Part shown: positions 1-11,394 of the stretch, piece by piece
How the letters are laid out: each line of letters begins with the position of its first letter
How positions within the stretch are numbered: position 1 is the first letter of the stretch
Source: an uncultured delta proteobacterium
GTDB lineage: Bacteria > Myxococcota_A > Polyangia > Palsa-1104
NCBI GenBank assembly: GCA_963785725.1
Contig: CAWAWS010000018.1
Span: 32,001-96,000 of the forward strand
DNA: 64,000 nucleotides
Reading direction: 5' to 3'
Position numbers and translations under genes: made by a program
The notes under the pieces: model-generated
Seen by the model: only the letters and a program-made list of their open reading frames with translations
Databases searched by the model: none
What the model was told of the DNA's origin: nothing

Positions 1-187
1 CGCCGCTCGGCGCCGGCACCAGCTCGCCGTCGGACAACAGCGCCGCCGCGCCGTCGTCGGCGCGCCCTTGCCGCCAGCAGACCCCGTTGGCGCAGTGCAG
101 CTTGCCGACGCTGACGCGCTCGTGCAACAGCTGTCCCCAAGCCGTGCCGCTCATCAGCATCAGCAGCGTGAAGAGCGTGGCCCGCAT
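1..187 (-). CDS. Secreted hypothetical protein, 5' part only (runs off window start)
   Basis: Manual translation MRATLFTLLMLMSGTAWGQLLHERVSVGKLHC...; Sec-type signal peptide (AWG/Q); open to position 1; TATCAT 6 nt upstream of ATG. Confidence 0.6.
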   Translation of the reverse strand, partial: MRATLFTLLMLMSGTAWGQLLHERVSVGKLHCANGVCWRQGRADDGAAALLSDGELVPAPSG

Positions 188-227
188 TCTGGAATGATAC
201 CGCGCCTCGGCGTATACTGGAGAGTCT

Positions 228-1751
<1,524 letters not shown>

Positions 1752-1805
1752 CGGCGACAAAAGCCGCGCGCTCAGCGTATAAAGCGTCATGCCGCCGCAA
1801 TCTCG

Positions 1806-3389
1806 ATGAGCGATCGCACGCGCAAGCTCGGCTTCGCCGCCGCCATTCTGATCGTGACCGTGCTCTTGTCGCGCGTGCTCGGCTTCGTGCGCGACGCGTT
1901 CATCGCCGCGCTCTTCGGCGCCACCGGCCAGACCGACGCCTTCATCGCCGCCTTCACCATCCCCGACATCCTCAATTATCTCGTCGCCGGCGGCACGATG
2001 AGCATCACGTTCATCCCCATCTACACGCGCTACTTGAGCGAGGGCAACGAGGCCGAAGGCAACCGCGTCTTCTCCATCATCTCGACTACGATGACGCTCG
2101 TCATCATTAGCGGCGTCATCGCGCTCGAGATCTTCACGCCGCAGCTGACGCACAGCTACCTCAAGAAGCTGCAGCCGAGCGACATCGACCTGGCCATTCG
2201 GCTGACGCGCATTCTCTTGCCGGCGCAGCTCTGCTTTTACGTCGGCGGCTTGGCGGCGGCGACGCTCTTTGCGCGCCATCGCTTCGTCTCGGCGTCGATC
2301 GCGCCGCTCATCTACAACCTCGGCACCATCGCCGGCGGCGCGCTGCTCGGGCGCCGCTTGGGCATCGAGTCGCTGGCGTGGGGCACGTTGGCGGGCGCGT
2401 TCGTGGGCGTGTTCGCCCTGCAGCTGATCGCCGCCGGGCGCGCCGGATTGCGCTGGCGACCGTCGCTGGCGCTGTCGCATCCCGAGTTCAAGCGCTGGCT
2501 CCTGCTCAGCTTGCCGCTCATGATAGGCGTCGGCATCGTCACCGCCGACGACTGGTTCATCCGCTACTTCGCCGCCGCCAACTTGGGCGCCATCAGCTGC
2601 CTCAACTACGCGCGCAAGCTGGTGCAGGTGCCGATCGCCGTCGCCGGTCAAGCGGTCGGGCAGGCGTCGATGCCGTTCTTCGCGCGCCTGTGGGCCGAGG
2701 GCAAGCGCGTCGAGCTCGGCGAGCTCGTGACCAAGGCGTCGCGCACGGTGGCGGCGGTGGCGGCGCTGGCGGCGTGGGCGCTCATCGCGCTGGCGGCGCC
2801 GTCGGTGGAGCTCTTGTTCCATCGCGGCCACTTCGCGGCGGCGCAAGTCGAGCCGACGGCGGTCTACGTCGCCATCTTCGCGCTGGCGATTCCGCTGTGG
2901 GGCATGCAAGGCATCATCGCGCGCGCGTTCTACGCCACCGGTGACACGCTGACGCCGATGGTGGCCTCGAGCGTCATCCTCGTCGTCTGCATGCCGATCT
3001 ATTGGCTGCTACACATGCTGCTCGGCATCGACGGGCTCGCGGTGTCCTCGGGCGTCGCCATCTTCTTGCATACCTCGGTGATGCTGCTGCTCCTGCCGCG
3101 CCGGCTCGACACCGTGCGCCGCGGCGAGATCGTGCGCGGCACGCTGCGCGCGTTCGCGCTCGGCGCCGTCGCTGCGGTGCCGACGTGGCTGGTCTCGCAT
3201 TTCCTGCCGCACGGCCACTTGGGCGGCCACGTCTTCGCGTTCGTGCAGCTGGCGGTGGGCGGCCTCGTGTTCGTCGCCGTCGCCGCGCCGCTGGCGCGCC
3301 CGCTCGGCGCCGACGACGTGCACGCCTTCTTCGATCGCCTCTTCGGCCGCGTCGCCCGCCGCCTGTTTCCCGAACGCCGCGGCGGCTGA
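1806..3389 (+). CDS. murJ: Lipid II flippase MurJ (MviN)
   Basis: LSRVLGFVRD...FGA...DAFIAAFTIPD N-terminus, RAFYATGDTLTP, about 14 TM segments. Confidence 0.92.
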   Translation: MSDRTRKLGFAAAILIVTVLLSRVLGFVRDAFIAALFGATGQTDAFIAAFTIPDILNYLVAGGTMSITFIPIYTRYLSEGNEAEGNRVFSIISTTMTLVIISGVIALEIFTPQLTHSYLKKLQPSDIDLAIRLTRILLPAQLCFYVGGLAAATLFARHRFVSASIAPLIYNLGTIAGGALLGRRLGIESLAWGTLAGAFVGVFALQLIAAGRAGLRWRPSLALSHPEFKRWLLLSLPLMIGVGIVTADDWFIRYFAAANLGAISCLNYARKLVQVPIAVAGQAVGQASMPFFARLWAEGKRVELGELVTKASRTVAAVAALAAWALIALAAPSVELLFHRGHFAAAQVEPTAVYVAIFALAIPLWGMQGIIARAFYATGDTLTPMVASSVILVVCMPIYWLLHMLLGIDGLAVSSGVAIFLHTSVMLLLLPRRLDTVRRGEIVRGTLRAFALGAVAAVPTWLVSHFLPHGHLGGHVFAFVQLAVGGLVFVAVAAPLARPLGADDVHAFFDRLFGRVARRLFPERRGG

Positions 3390-3448
3390 AACGGCCGGCT
3401 TTGGCTGTCTGACTTGCTCGCGACGAGACGAGGGCTACCATTGATCCC

Positions 3449-3820
3449 ATGAGGGACACAGAGCTGGCGACGTTGCGGCAGGCGATGCTCGATCGTCTGA
3501 CGCAAATCTACCGCGAAGTGCATGCCGACATGGACGCGACGCGCGTGGCCAGCCTGTTCGATCGCGAGCCGCACGACGTCGGTGACGACAGCGTCCGCGA
3601 CGCCGAGGTCGACTTCACCGCCGGCCTCGACGAGCGCGATCGCGCCTTGGCGCAGCAGATCGAGGACGCGCTCGGCCGCATGCGCGACGGCAGCTACGGC
3701 AAGTGTCTCGACTGCGATCAGGCGATCCCGCTGGCGCGCCTGAAGCTCGTGCCGTGGGCGGAGCGCTGCGCGGCGGATCAGACGGCTCTCGAAGGCCGGC
3801 AGCACCACTCGACGCTGTAA
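3449..3820 (+). CDS. TraR/DksA family zinc-finger protein
   Basis: Coiled coil with acidic tip DVGDDS; IEDALGRMRDGSYGKCLDC..IPLARL..VPWAERC. Confidence 0.88.
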   Translation: MRDTELATLRQAMLDRLTQIYREVHADMDATRVASLFDREPHDVGDDSVRDAEVDFTAGLDERDRALAQQIEDALGRMRDGSYGKCLDCDQAIPLARLKLVPWAERCAADQTALEGRQHHSTL

Positions 3821-3850
3821 ACCGCGCGCTCGACGCGACTCGCGATGGGG

Positions 3851-4657
3851 CTACGCCGGCGCTTTCGGCGGCCACGGCTCGCCGCGCAGCATCGCCTCGC
3901 AGTCCGCCTGAAACTCGGCGTCGCGAAAGCGGTCGCGGGCGCGCTCGATGGCCGCGCGCGCCGTCTCGTCGTCGGGCTGCAGCGCGCCGAGCAGCCAGGC
4001 CATGCCGCGCGCGCTCACGAAGTCGGTCGTGCCCGGGAGCTCCGCGCACAGCGTGTCGAGCAGAAAGCCGCGATCGCCGCCGTCGAGGATGTCGCCGACG
4101 GCCGCGCCGTGCTGCAGCGAGCGAAACGCCGCCTCGGCCACGTCGCCCAAGAAGGCGCGCATCGCCGTCACGCCCACGCGCGAAGCATCGCGGCGCAACG
4201 TCGCCGTCCAGGCGGCGAAGAGCGCGACCGCGCCGTCGGGCACGCCGGGCGCGTGCAGATACGCTTGCGGGCTGTGGCGCGCCAACACGTCGTCGCCGGC
4301 GAGCTCGCGCGCCAGGTCGGCCCCGCGATGCGCGACGAGCCGCGCCGCCGCGTGCGCGATGGCGCCGGGCGAGCCGCCGAGCCGCGCGCCGAGCGCGTCC
4401 AGATCGTCGGCCGCCTCGCCGGCGTCGAGCCGAACGAGCCCGAAGATCGCTTGCAACGTCGCGATGCCCGCCTCGCCGCGACCGATGATGCGGCGCAAGC
4501 GCGCGATGGCCGCCGCGCGATCGTTGCAGCGCACGACCGCCTCCAGATGCGCCAGCGAGCGCGGCGCGCCCGTCCCGTCCAGCTCCGCGCGCAGCTCGAC
4601 GACGCCGATGATATGGGCGCGACCACGCAGTAGCACCGTGACCGGTTCGAGCGGCAT
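3851..4657 (-). CDS. Hypothetical protein (268 aa)
   Basis: Protein-like composition, GC3-rich codons, 9 bp after upstream gene; no family recognised. Confidence 0.65.
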   Translation of the reverse strand: MPLEPVTVLLRGRAHIIGVVELRAELDGTGAPRSLAHLEAVVRCNDRAAAIARLRRIIGRGEAGIATLQAIFGLVRLDAGEAADDLDALGARLGGSPGAIAHAAARLVAHRGADLARELAGDDVLARHSPQAYLHAPGVPDGAVALFAAWTATLRRDASRVGVTAMRAFLGDVAEAAFRSLQHGAAVGDILDGGDRGFLLDTLCAELPGTTDFVSARGMAWLLGALQPDDETARAAIERARDRFRDAEFQADCEAMLRGEPWPPKAPA

Positions 4658-4666
4658 CCTACCGAT

Positions 4667-5584
4667 TTAGCGTCCGCCGAGCGCGCGCGCCAGTCGGCGC
4701 AGCGACTCGGGCGGACGGCGCGCCAGCGTATCGAGCGTCTGCTGATCGATCGGCTGCTTGTTCACGCGCAAGCAGGGCAAGAGCTCCAGCCGATCGGTCA
4801 GCGCCACGTTGTCGTCGAGCGCCAAGGCCCGTAAACGCGCGCGCGCCGGCTCCTTCAGCTTGCCGGCGCGTTGATCGGGCAGCGCCGCGGCCGCCGGCGG
4901 CTTGACCGACGGCGCCACCAGCGGCACGTCGCGACACAACGCCGCGCCGGCCGCGGCCGCGACCGTGGCCGACCCGTCCTTGACCAGCGCGTTCGTCAGC
5001 CACTCGGTCGCCGCCGGCGTGTTCCACAGCGACTCGGCGGCGGCGCGGCGCACGTCGGCGTTGGCGTCGCCGAGCAGCGCCATCAGCGCCTTGTCGTCGA
5101 CACGGGTGACGCCGCGCAGCGCCGCCACCGCCTCGATCGCCGGCACGCGCAACGCCGGCGGCAGCGCGCGGTTGTTGGCGGCCGTCATGAGCTCGGCCGC
5201 CGCGCGCGCCGGCACGTCGACGGGAATTTCGTCGCGCTCGCGCGCTTCGGGCGTCAGCCGCTCGGCCAAGCGCCGCGCGCACGCCGCCGCCGCCGCCGCC
5301 ACGTCCGCGTCGCTGTCGAAGATGTCGTGCGCGACCTCGGGCAGCCGCGCCCAGCCGTCGTCGACGAGCGCCAGCGCGTGCAGCGCGGCCACGCGTTCGT
5401 CGCGCGCGCCCGACGCCAGCAGCATGCCGAGTCGACCGGCGCCGAGCCGCGCCGCCACGCGCTCCAAGTCGAGCTCGTCGCCGCCACGATCGGCGGCCAC
5501 GAGCGCTTCCACCGTCGGCAAACGCACCAACGCCTGCGCCGGCGCCAGCGCGCCCAACACGCCCACGACGAGCGCGACGAGCAC
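4667..5584 (-). CDS. HEAT-repeat-containing exported protein
   Basis: N-terminal hydrophobic signal; repeats such as LLGDANADVRRAAAESL, DSDADVAAAAA; start overlaps upstream stop. Confidence 0.7.
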   Translation of the reverse strand: MLVALVVGVLGALAPAQALVRLPTVEALVAADRGGDELDLERVAARLGAGRLGMLLASGARDERVAALHALALVDDGWARLPEVAHDIFDSDADVAAAAAACARRLAERLTPEARERDEIPVDVPARAAAELMTAANNRALPPALRVPAIEAVAALRGVTRVDDKALMALLGDANADVRRAAAESLWNTPAATEWLTNALVKDGSATVAAAAGAALCRDVPLVAPSVKPPAAAALPDQRAGKLKEPARARLRALALDDNVALTDRLELLPCLRVNKQPIDQQTLDTLARRPPESLRRLARALGGR

Positions 5585-6027
5585 TACTTCAGCGTGACTT
5601 GCGAGCGCGCGTAGATGTCCTCGGCGCCACCGATCAAGCGCGTCACGAGGATGTTGTAGGTGTGACCGGCCTTGAAGTTCTGATCGGCCGACACCGCCAC
5701 CGACGAGACGAGGATCTTGGCGTTGGCCTTCGTCTGAATCGGGAAGGCGTTCGTCGGCTCGCGCGACTTCTCGGCGGTGTCATAGAACACCACCTCGACC
5801 TCGTCGGCGCCCGCGGCCTTTTTTAGATAGGCGACGAAGTTGATGGTCCACTGCCCATCCTTCGCCGCGATCTCCTTGACCTGCTGCTTCTTGAGCGTCT
5901 TCTCGAAGCCGTCGGCCGATGTGTCGATGGGCTCGGCCGTTACGATGATGTTTCCGGCTCCCGCATGCGCCAGCGAAGGAGTGACGATGGCGGCAGCGAA
6001 GGCGAGTGCGATAGTCGCGGTGCGCAT
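5584..6027 (-). CDS. Secreted hypothetical protein (beta-rich)
   Basis: Signal peptide [22 protein letters not shown]; start chosen from TATGAT 7 nt upstream. Confidence 0.75.
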   Translation of the reverse strand: MRTATIALAFAAAIVTPSLAHAGAGNIIVTAEPIDTSADGFEKTLKKQQVKEIAAKDGQWTINFVAYLKKAAGADEVEVVFYDTAEKSREPTNAFPIQTKANAKILVSSVAVSADQNFKAGHTYNILVTRLIGGAEDIYARSQVTLK

Positions 6028-6072
6028 GGGCATGATCATAGAAGACGCCGGAATGATTTGCTGTGCAAAAAC

Positions 6073-6114
6073 TTGACGACCGATCAGACGTTCAGTAGGC
6101 TCTCATTTGTTCAG
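6073..6114 (+). promoter_or_regulatory. sigma70 promoter of lexA overlapped by putative LexA operator half-sites
   Basis: TTGACG(6073-6078)-N17-TAGGCT(6096-6101); GTTCAG at 6090-6095 and 6109-6114. Confidence 0.65.
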
Positions 6115-6129
6115 GTCGGAGGGCCAGTC

Positions 6130-6783
6130 ATGCAGATCCAGGACGACGCCAAAGAGCCACTGACCGATCGCCAGAAGGCGGTGCTGGAGTTCATCAGCTC
6201 TTCGATCGAGAGCCGCGGCTATCCGCCGACCTTGCGCGAAATCGGCGAGCACATGGGCATTCGCAGCACCAACGGCGTCAACGATCACTTGAAGGCGTTG
6301 GAGAAGAAGGGCTACCTCGAGCGCGAAGATCTGAAGTCGCGAGCGTTACGCCCGATCTCCAGCGAAGGCGCCGGACCGACGGGAAACACCGTCGAGGTGC
6401 CGATCTTGGGTCGGGTCGCCGCCGGAGAGCCGATCCTGGCGATCGAGCAGGCCGAGGACACGGTCAAGGTCGATCGCTTCTTCCTCGGGCCGTCGCGGGA
6501 CGTGTTCGCGCTCAAGGTGCATGGCGACTCGATGATCGAGGCCGGCATCTACCATGGCGACTTCATTTTCGTGAAGAAGCAGCTGGTGGCGAACAAGGGC
6601 GACATCGTCGTGGCGATGATCAATGACGAGGCGACGGTGAAGTATTTCCATCCCGAGCCCGAGAAAGATCAGATCGTGTTCAAGCCGGCAAATCAGCGGC
6701 TGCAACCGATTGTCGTCAAGCGTCGCGACTTCAAATCGGTGAATTTGATCGGCCTGGTAGTCGGGGTTTACCGACGGCTGTAG
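6130..6783 (+). CDS. lexA: SOS repressor LexA
   Basis: [18 protein letters not shown] winged helix, GRVAAG cleavage site, GDSM Ser, ATVK Lys; GGAGG RBS. Confidence 0.97.
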   Translation: MQIQDDAKEPLTDRQKAVLEFISSSIESRGYPPTLREIGEHMGIRSTNGVNDHLKALEKKGYLEREDLKSRALRPISSEGAGPTGNTVEVPILGRVAAGEPILAIEQAEDTVKVDRFFLGPSRDVFALKVHGDSMIEAGIYHGDFIFVKKQLVANKGDIVVAMINDEATVKYFHPEPEKDQIVFKPANQRLQPIVVKRRDFKSVNLIGLVVGVYRRL

Positions 6784-6800
6784 CATGCTAGATTCTGTAG

Positions 6801-8849
6801 GTGCGTGACGGAAGGTTCCATTGGCGACGGCTTGCGTATGCAGCCGTCGTTTCCGTTTGCACGAGCGGCGCCTACTGGGTCGTGATGCTGTCGAGCTTCG
6901 CGGCGCTGACCGAGAAGCAGCCGGAGGAGATTCAAGTCGCCTGGATGCCCGACGCCGACGAAGGCAAGGCGCCCGACGAAGCGCCGATTCCGCCCGAGCC
7001 CGAGGAAAAGAAAAAGGCGGAGAAGGCCAAGAAAGAGAAAGAGAAGCTCAAGAAGGAAAAGCTCGCGCAGGCGCCCGAGCCGGCCAAAGTCGAGGAAAAG
7101 AAGAAAGAGGCGGAGCTCGAGATCAAGCCGCCGCCGCCGCCCGACAAGCCGCCGCCACCGCCGCCGCCGCTCATCGATCATCGCAAGCAGATGGTCGATC
7201 AGGACAAGTTTCCCGACGAGCAGGACAACGCCGACGCGAACTACTTGGCGCAGAAGAACCATCGCACCGAGCACGAGACGCGGGCGACGAACACCAACCT
7301 CGTGCGCGAAGTACAGTCGGCAGAGACGCACGAGTCGGAGCGTTCGGACAACAAAGCGCCGGATACGGGGGCGAAGAACGACAAGCTGGCCGAGCTGCAG
7401 AATCGCGACGGGCAGAAGAATCAGGTGGTGCGCTCGTCGGAGATGCAAGGCCAGGAGGGTCAGGCGCAGCCGAAGGAGCAGCCGCAAGGGCCCTTGTCGA
7501 TGCGCGATCTGACGCCGAAGGCGGCGATCGATCCGACCGAAGCCGTCAAGCAGCGCGAAGGGCTCGACAAGCAGGAAAAGGGGCAGGGCGATCTGCCGAT
7601 GGCGCGCGTCGGCGTCGAGGGGCAGCGCGCGGTGGCGCCGACGATGGGCTCGTCGAAGCCGAACCTGAACCTGAACCATCACATGTACGACAACATCGTG
7701 GGCGTGCAGGCGGCCGAGGACGAGCGGCGCGCGGCGGCGAAGGCGGAGAAGTCGCACGTCGCCGGGCATTGGGATCGCATGCAGACGAAGTTCGCGGCGA
7801 TTCGCTCGTCGATCGAGAACTTCACGCCCGCGGTCAAGCCGGGCAATCAGGAGGAATTGGGGACGCGCGCGTCGCCGTTCGCCGCCTACATCACGGCGAT
7901 GCATCGGCAGATTCACAAGCTGTTTACGCTCGGCTTCTTGGCCGACATCGATCTGCAGCGCAACTCGGTCTACGCCAACGATCAGCTGTGGACGCAGCTC
8001 GAGATCGTCGTCAAGAGCGACGGCACCGTCGAGCGCGTCGGGATCGTGCGCACGTCGGGGCTGTTGCCGTTCGACGTAGCGGCGATCGACAGCGTCATGT
8101 CGGCGGCGCCGTTTCCGCCGCCGCCGCAAGCGATCAAGAGCGCCAACGGTAAGGTTTACGTCGACTGGCAGTTCCATCGTGACGAGCGCGCGTGCGGCAC
8201 GTTCGGCGCCGATCCGCATATTTTGACGACGGTCGAGGAGAACCGCGAGCACGACACGTCGGAGACGGGCGCGCAGGCCAAGGCCATGCGGCAAGCGGCG
8301 GAGGCGGCGGGCGGCAAGAACGCGCACACCGGCGGCGGCGCGCTCGATCTCGCGCACAACGGTGGCGGCGGCGGGCCGACGGAAGCGCCGCGACAGCTGT
8401 CGCGCGAGCCGACCGAGCGGCCGCGCGGCGACGACGAGATCCCGACGGCCAAGCCGTCGGTGGCGCCGACGGTGGTCGTGCCCGAGGTGACGCGCGACGT
8501 GCGCGCCGCGGCCGAGGGCTGGTTCGCGGCTTACCAGCGCGGCGACGCGGCGTGGCTGGCGGGCTGGAGCGCGACGCCGTTTACGGCCGCGGGCGAAGTC
8601 ATCGCGCGCGACGGCCCGACGCTGAAGGCGATGTACAAGCAGCTGCTCGCCGAGGCGCCGAAGGGGCGCGCCACGAGCGGGCTCGACGTGCTGACGCCGG
8701 CGGGCATTCGCGGCAAGCTGGGCGGCCTGCCGCCCGGCGGCGAGCCCGACGGCATGCTGTTCGCCGTCGGCAAGTCGGGCGGCGAAGAGTTCATCCTGCT
8801 GCTCAAGAAGTCATCGCAAGGCTGGCGCGTCGCCGGCATCGACCGCTGA
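6801..8849 (+). CDS. TonB C-terminal-domain protein with extra C-terminal domain
   Basis: N-terminal TM, Pro/Lys/Glu-rich linker, TonB_C-like IVVKSDGTVERVGIVRTSG..FDVAAIDSV..AAPFPPPP. Confidence 0.8.
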   Translation: MRDGRFHWRRLAYAAVVSVCTSGAYWVVMLSSFAALTEKQPEEIQVAWMPDADEGKAPDEAPIPPEPEEKKKAEKAKKEKEKLKKEKLAQAPEPAKVEEKKKEAELEIKPPPPPDKPPPPPPPLIDHRKQMVDQDKFPDEQDNADANYLAQKNHRTEHETRATNTNLVREVQSAETHESERSDNKAPDTGAKNDKLAELQNRDGQKNQVVRSSEMQGQEGQAQPKEQPQGPLSMRDLTPKAAIDPTEAVKQREGLDKQEKGQGDLPMARVGVEGQRAVAPTMGSSKPNLNLNHHMYDNIVGVQAAEDERRAAAKAEKSHVAGHWDRMQTKFAAIRSSIENFTPAVKPGNQEELGTRASPFAAYITAMHRQIHKLFTLGFLADIDLQRNSVYANDQLWTQLEIVVKSDGTVERVGIVRTSGLLPFDVAAIDSVMSAAPFPPPPQAIKSANGKVYVDWQFHRDERACGTFGADPHILTTVEENREHDTSETGAQAKAMRQAAEAAGGKNAHTGGGALDLAHNGGGGGPTEAPRQLSREPTERPRGDDEIPTAKPSVAPTVVVPEVTRDVRAAAEGWFAAYQRGDAAWLAGWSATPFTAAGEVIARDGPTLKAMYKQLLAEAPKGRATSGLDVLTPAGIRGKLGGLPPGGEPDGMLFAVGKSGGEEFILLLKKSSQGWRVAGIDR

Positions 8850-8887
8850 AAAAGAAAACGCCCGGCTCTGCGCGAGAACCGGGCGTT
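8849..8887. terminator. Intrinsic terminator between convergent TonB and csp genes
   Basis: Stem AACGCCCGG(8857-8865)/CCGGGCGTT(8879-8887); U-tract on the minus strand. Confidence 0.8.
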
Positions 8888-8905
8888 GCCGTTCAATCGT
8901 GACGA

Positions 8906-9112
8906 CTACAGCTTGACGACGTTGCTCGCTTGCGGACCTTTCGGCCCGTCGGTGAGCTCGAACTCGACCGGCTGACCTTCGGCCAGCGAGCGGAATCCCT
9001 CGCCCTGAATCTGCGTGTGATGGACGAACACGTCCGGTCCGCTCGCGGGCGTGATGAAGCCGTAGCCCTTCGCGTCGTTGAACCACTTCACGGTGCCTTG
9101 AACCAGTGACAT
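8906..9112 (-). CDS. Cold-shock protein (CspA family, 68 aa)
   Basis: [45 protein letters not shown]. The 528-aa ORF-track call is over-extended. Confidence 0.96.
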   Translation of the reverse strand: MSLVQGTVKWFNDAKGYGFITPASGPDVFVHHTQIQGEGFRSLAEGQPVEFELTDGPKGPQASNVVKL

Positions 9113-9162
9113 CGAAATCCTCCAGACCTCGTCTCGCCCATCGCGAGGCGAGTTTTGAGGGG

Positions 9163-9190
9163 ACCATATCGCCTGCGGGCTTTCTGTCAA
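9163..9190 (-). promoter_or_regulatory. sigma70 promoter of csp gene
   Basis: TTGACA-N16-TATGGT on the minus strand; hairpin CTCGCC/GGCGAG (9133-9152) in the 5' UTR. Confidence 0.65.
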
Positions 9191-10791
9191 TACAGCTTGC
9201 GTAAGTCGGCGTCTTCGTAATAGTGCCGCAGGATCTCTAGGTAGCTCTTGCCCGCCTGCGCCATGCCGACGGCGCCGGTCTGACAGAGGCCGACGCCGTG
9301 GCCGTGACCGCCGCCGGTGGCGTCGATCGTCGCGATGTGACCGCTGTCGTCGCGCGTGACGTCGAGGACGAACATGGCGCTCTTGAGCGTGCCGAGCGCG
9401 CGGCGGATCTCGAGCTCGCCGTCGAGGTCGCGCTCGCGCTCGTCGCCGACCAGGTGCACCTTCGTCGCGCGGCCGGACACGCCGCGGGCGACGACGCGGA
9501 TGTCGCGCAAGCGGCCGACGAGGGGCTGCAGCAGCGCGGGATCGATCGGCTTGTGCCAGCGATAATTCGTCGTCGCCTCTTTCGGTCGCGCGCACCAAAT
9601 ATCTGACGTCGGCGACGGGCCGAGCGCGAGCCAGGCGCGAATGTTGGTCTCGTCGATGGTCGCGAACGTGGCGTCGCTCTTGCCGTCGAGCCGGCCGCGG
9701 AGCTGCGCGTCGGGCGCGCCCGGCCAGACGCGCTCGTTGTGCTCGCCGTGGCCGCCGCAAGACGCGGAGTAGACGGCGTCGACGAGGCTGCCGTCGGGGC
9801 GCGCGAGCAGCTGGCCGCGCGTGGCGGCGACGGCGGCGGTGGCGCGCGGATCTTCGTGGCCGGCGCCGGCATACACCTGACAATGCACCGTCGAGCAGAG
9901 GCGATAGGGATCGGTCAAGTGGCGCGTCCCGATCTTGGCCAAGAGCTCGTTGCGCGCGGCCACCGCTTGCGCCTTCAGCGCTTCGGGCGGCGACGACGCC
10001 GACATCTCCGCCGGCACCAGCCCGGCCAGCAGCTTGTCCTCCGGCACGGCGTTGACGACCGCCAGCTGTCCGCCGTTGTCGACGGTGACGTAGAGCTTGC
10101 CGAAGTAGCGCCGTGGCTCTTTGCCGCCGCGGCCATTGTCGACGTCGCTCAAGTCGAGTAAGCCGCTCGGTCCCGGCGAGAGCCACAAGATGGCGTCGTT
10201 GCGCACGACGACGCCGCGCTCGTCGACCGCCTCGACGGTGCCGCGCGGGCGTTCGACGAGGTCGGGATGGAGCGTGCCGCCGATGGCCGTCGCCGCTTTT
10301 TTGGCCGCCGCTTCGTCGTCGAAGCCTTCGGTGGCGACGAGGACGCGGCGGCTGTCGAGCACCTGGCCTTTGACGGCGAAGAGCGAGCCGACCTCGAACG
10401 TGCGCGGCGTCTTGCCCTTGGCTCGCCAGCGGGCGAGCTCGGCCTGCAGCTCCGTCGACTGCGCGGGCGCGAACGACGCGGCCACCACCCACCAGCGAAT
10501 CTTGCCCGGCTTGCCGTCGACGACGCGCAACGTCCAGCGCGTGCCGCCGCGCACCTCGGCGCCGCCTTCACCGTCGGGCAAAAGGCGCATGCCGGCGCCG
10601 CTGACGGTCACCTCCGGCCGATGCTCCATGACGCGCACGGTGACGATCGGCAGCCCATCGCGCGTCCACGAAAACTGGCTCGAGTAGACGACGCGCAGCT
10701 TGTCGGCGCCGCTCAGCTCGTCGCCGCGCGCGGCCGCGGCCAGCACGGTGACGACTGCCAGCGCCGCTGCCGCCCGAGCGCGCGTCGCCAT
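9187..10791 (-). CDS. SpoIID/LytB domain protein (lytic transglycosylase-like)
   Basis: GLVPAEM...[44 protein letters not shown]...ILRHYY; signal peptide. Confidence 0.92.
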   Translation of the reverse strand: MATRARAAAALAVVTVLAAAARGDELSGADKLRVVYSSQFSWTRDGLPIVTVRVMEHRPEVTVSGAGMRLLPDGEGGAEVRGGTRWTLRVVDGKPGKIRWWVVAASFAPAQSTELQAELARWRAKGKTPRTFEVGSLFAVKGQVLDSRRVLVATEGFDDEAAAKKAATAIGGTLHPDLVERPRGTVEAVDERGVVVRNDAILWLSPGPSGLLDLSDVDNGRGGKEPRRYFGKLYVTVDNGGQLAVVNAVPEDKLLAGLVPAEMSASSPPEALKAQAVAARNELLAKIGTRHLTDPYRLCSTVHCQVYAGAGHEDPRATAAVAATRGQLLARPDGSLVDAVYSASCGGHGEHNERVWPGAPDAQLRGRLDGKSDATFATIDETNIRAWLALGPSPTSDIWCARPKEATTNYRWHKPIDPALLQPLVGRLRDIRVVARGVSGRATKVHLVGDERERDLDGELEIRRALGTLKSAMFVLDVTRDDSGHIATIDATGGGHGHGVGLCQTGAVGMAQAGKSYLEILRHYYEDADLRKLY

Positions 10792-10793
10792 CG

Positions 10794-11372
10794 CTACGCG
10801 CGCAGCTCGGTCTTCGCGATGTAGTTCAGGTTCAAGAAGTTGATGGTGAAGTGGGCCACGATCGGCGCGCCCAAATTCCCGAGCTTCATATGCAAGAGGC
10901 CCATGGCGATGCCCATGATGAACGACATGATCGTCCACGGCAAAAATCGCCACTGCGCCCGCACGTGCATGGCCGCGAACAGCGCGCTCGACCACCACAG
11001 GCCGATCGCCGGCAACATGGCGCCGCGGAAGAACATCTCTTCGCCGATCGACGACGCGGCCGCGAGGATGAACATCTCCTTCGACGACAGCTCGTGGACG
11101 ACGGCGTGAAACTCCTGGTGCAGCACGCGCGCCCACTCCATCGAGTGCGTCGCCAGCCGCGACAAGAACACCATGGCCAAGCCGAAGGCGAGCCCGACGA
11201 ACGGCCCCGCCCACAGCCAGAACGTCGTCTTTTGCGCCCCGAATTCGTAGATGTTCGACTGGTGGCGGAATTGGCCCCAGATGATGGCGAGGCCGCCGAG
11301 CGCGCCGTAGAGCAGCCCGATGACGGCGGCGCGGCTCAGGCGTGGTTCACGCGGCGTCGACGCGAGCTGCAT
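10794..11372 (-). CDS. CPBP family (CAAX/Abi) intramembrane metalloprotease
   Basis: EEMFFRG, FAAMH, HFTIN motifs; multiple TMs. Confidence 0.9.
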   Translation of the reverse strand: MQLASTPREPRLSRAAVIGLLYGALGGLAIIWGQFRHQSNIYEFGAQKTTFWLWAGPFVGLAFGLAMVFLSRLATHSMEWARVLHQEFHAVVHELSSKEMFILAAASSIGEEMFFRGAMLPAIGLWWSSALFAAMHVRAQWRFLPWTIMSFIMGIAMGLLHMKLGNLGAPIVAHFTINFLNLNYIAKTELRA

Positions 11373-11394
11373 TGCGGATAGTCAATATAACGTG

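Noticed and set aside
1778..1806. Upstream ATG (1789) after TATAAA as the murJ start
   Set aside because: Out of frame with murJ; cannot distinguish chance from a further indel without reads
8906..10492. 528-aa ORF ending in a cold-shock domain (apparent fusion)
   Set aside because: The N-terminal part is Arg-rich off-frame translation over the SpoIID gene; the real csp starts at 9112 with its own RBS and promoter
10794..11372. Abortive-infection defence gene (Abi name)
   Set aside because: It is a CPBP protease in housekeeping context with no defence-island features
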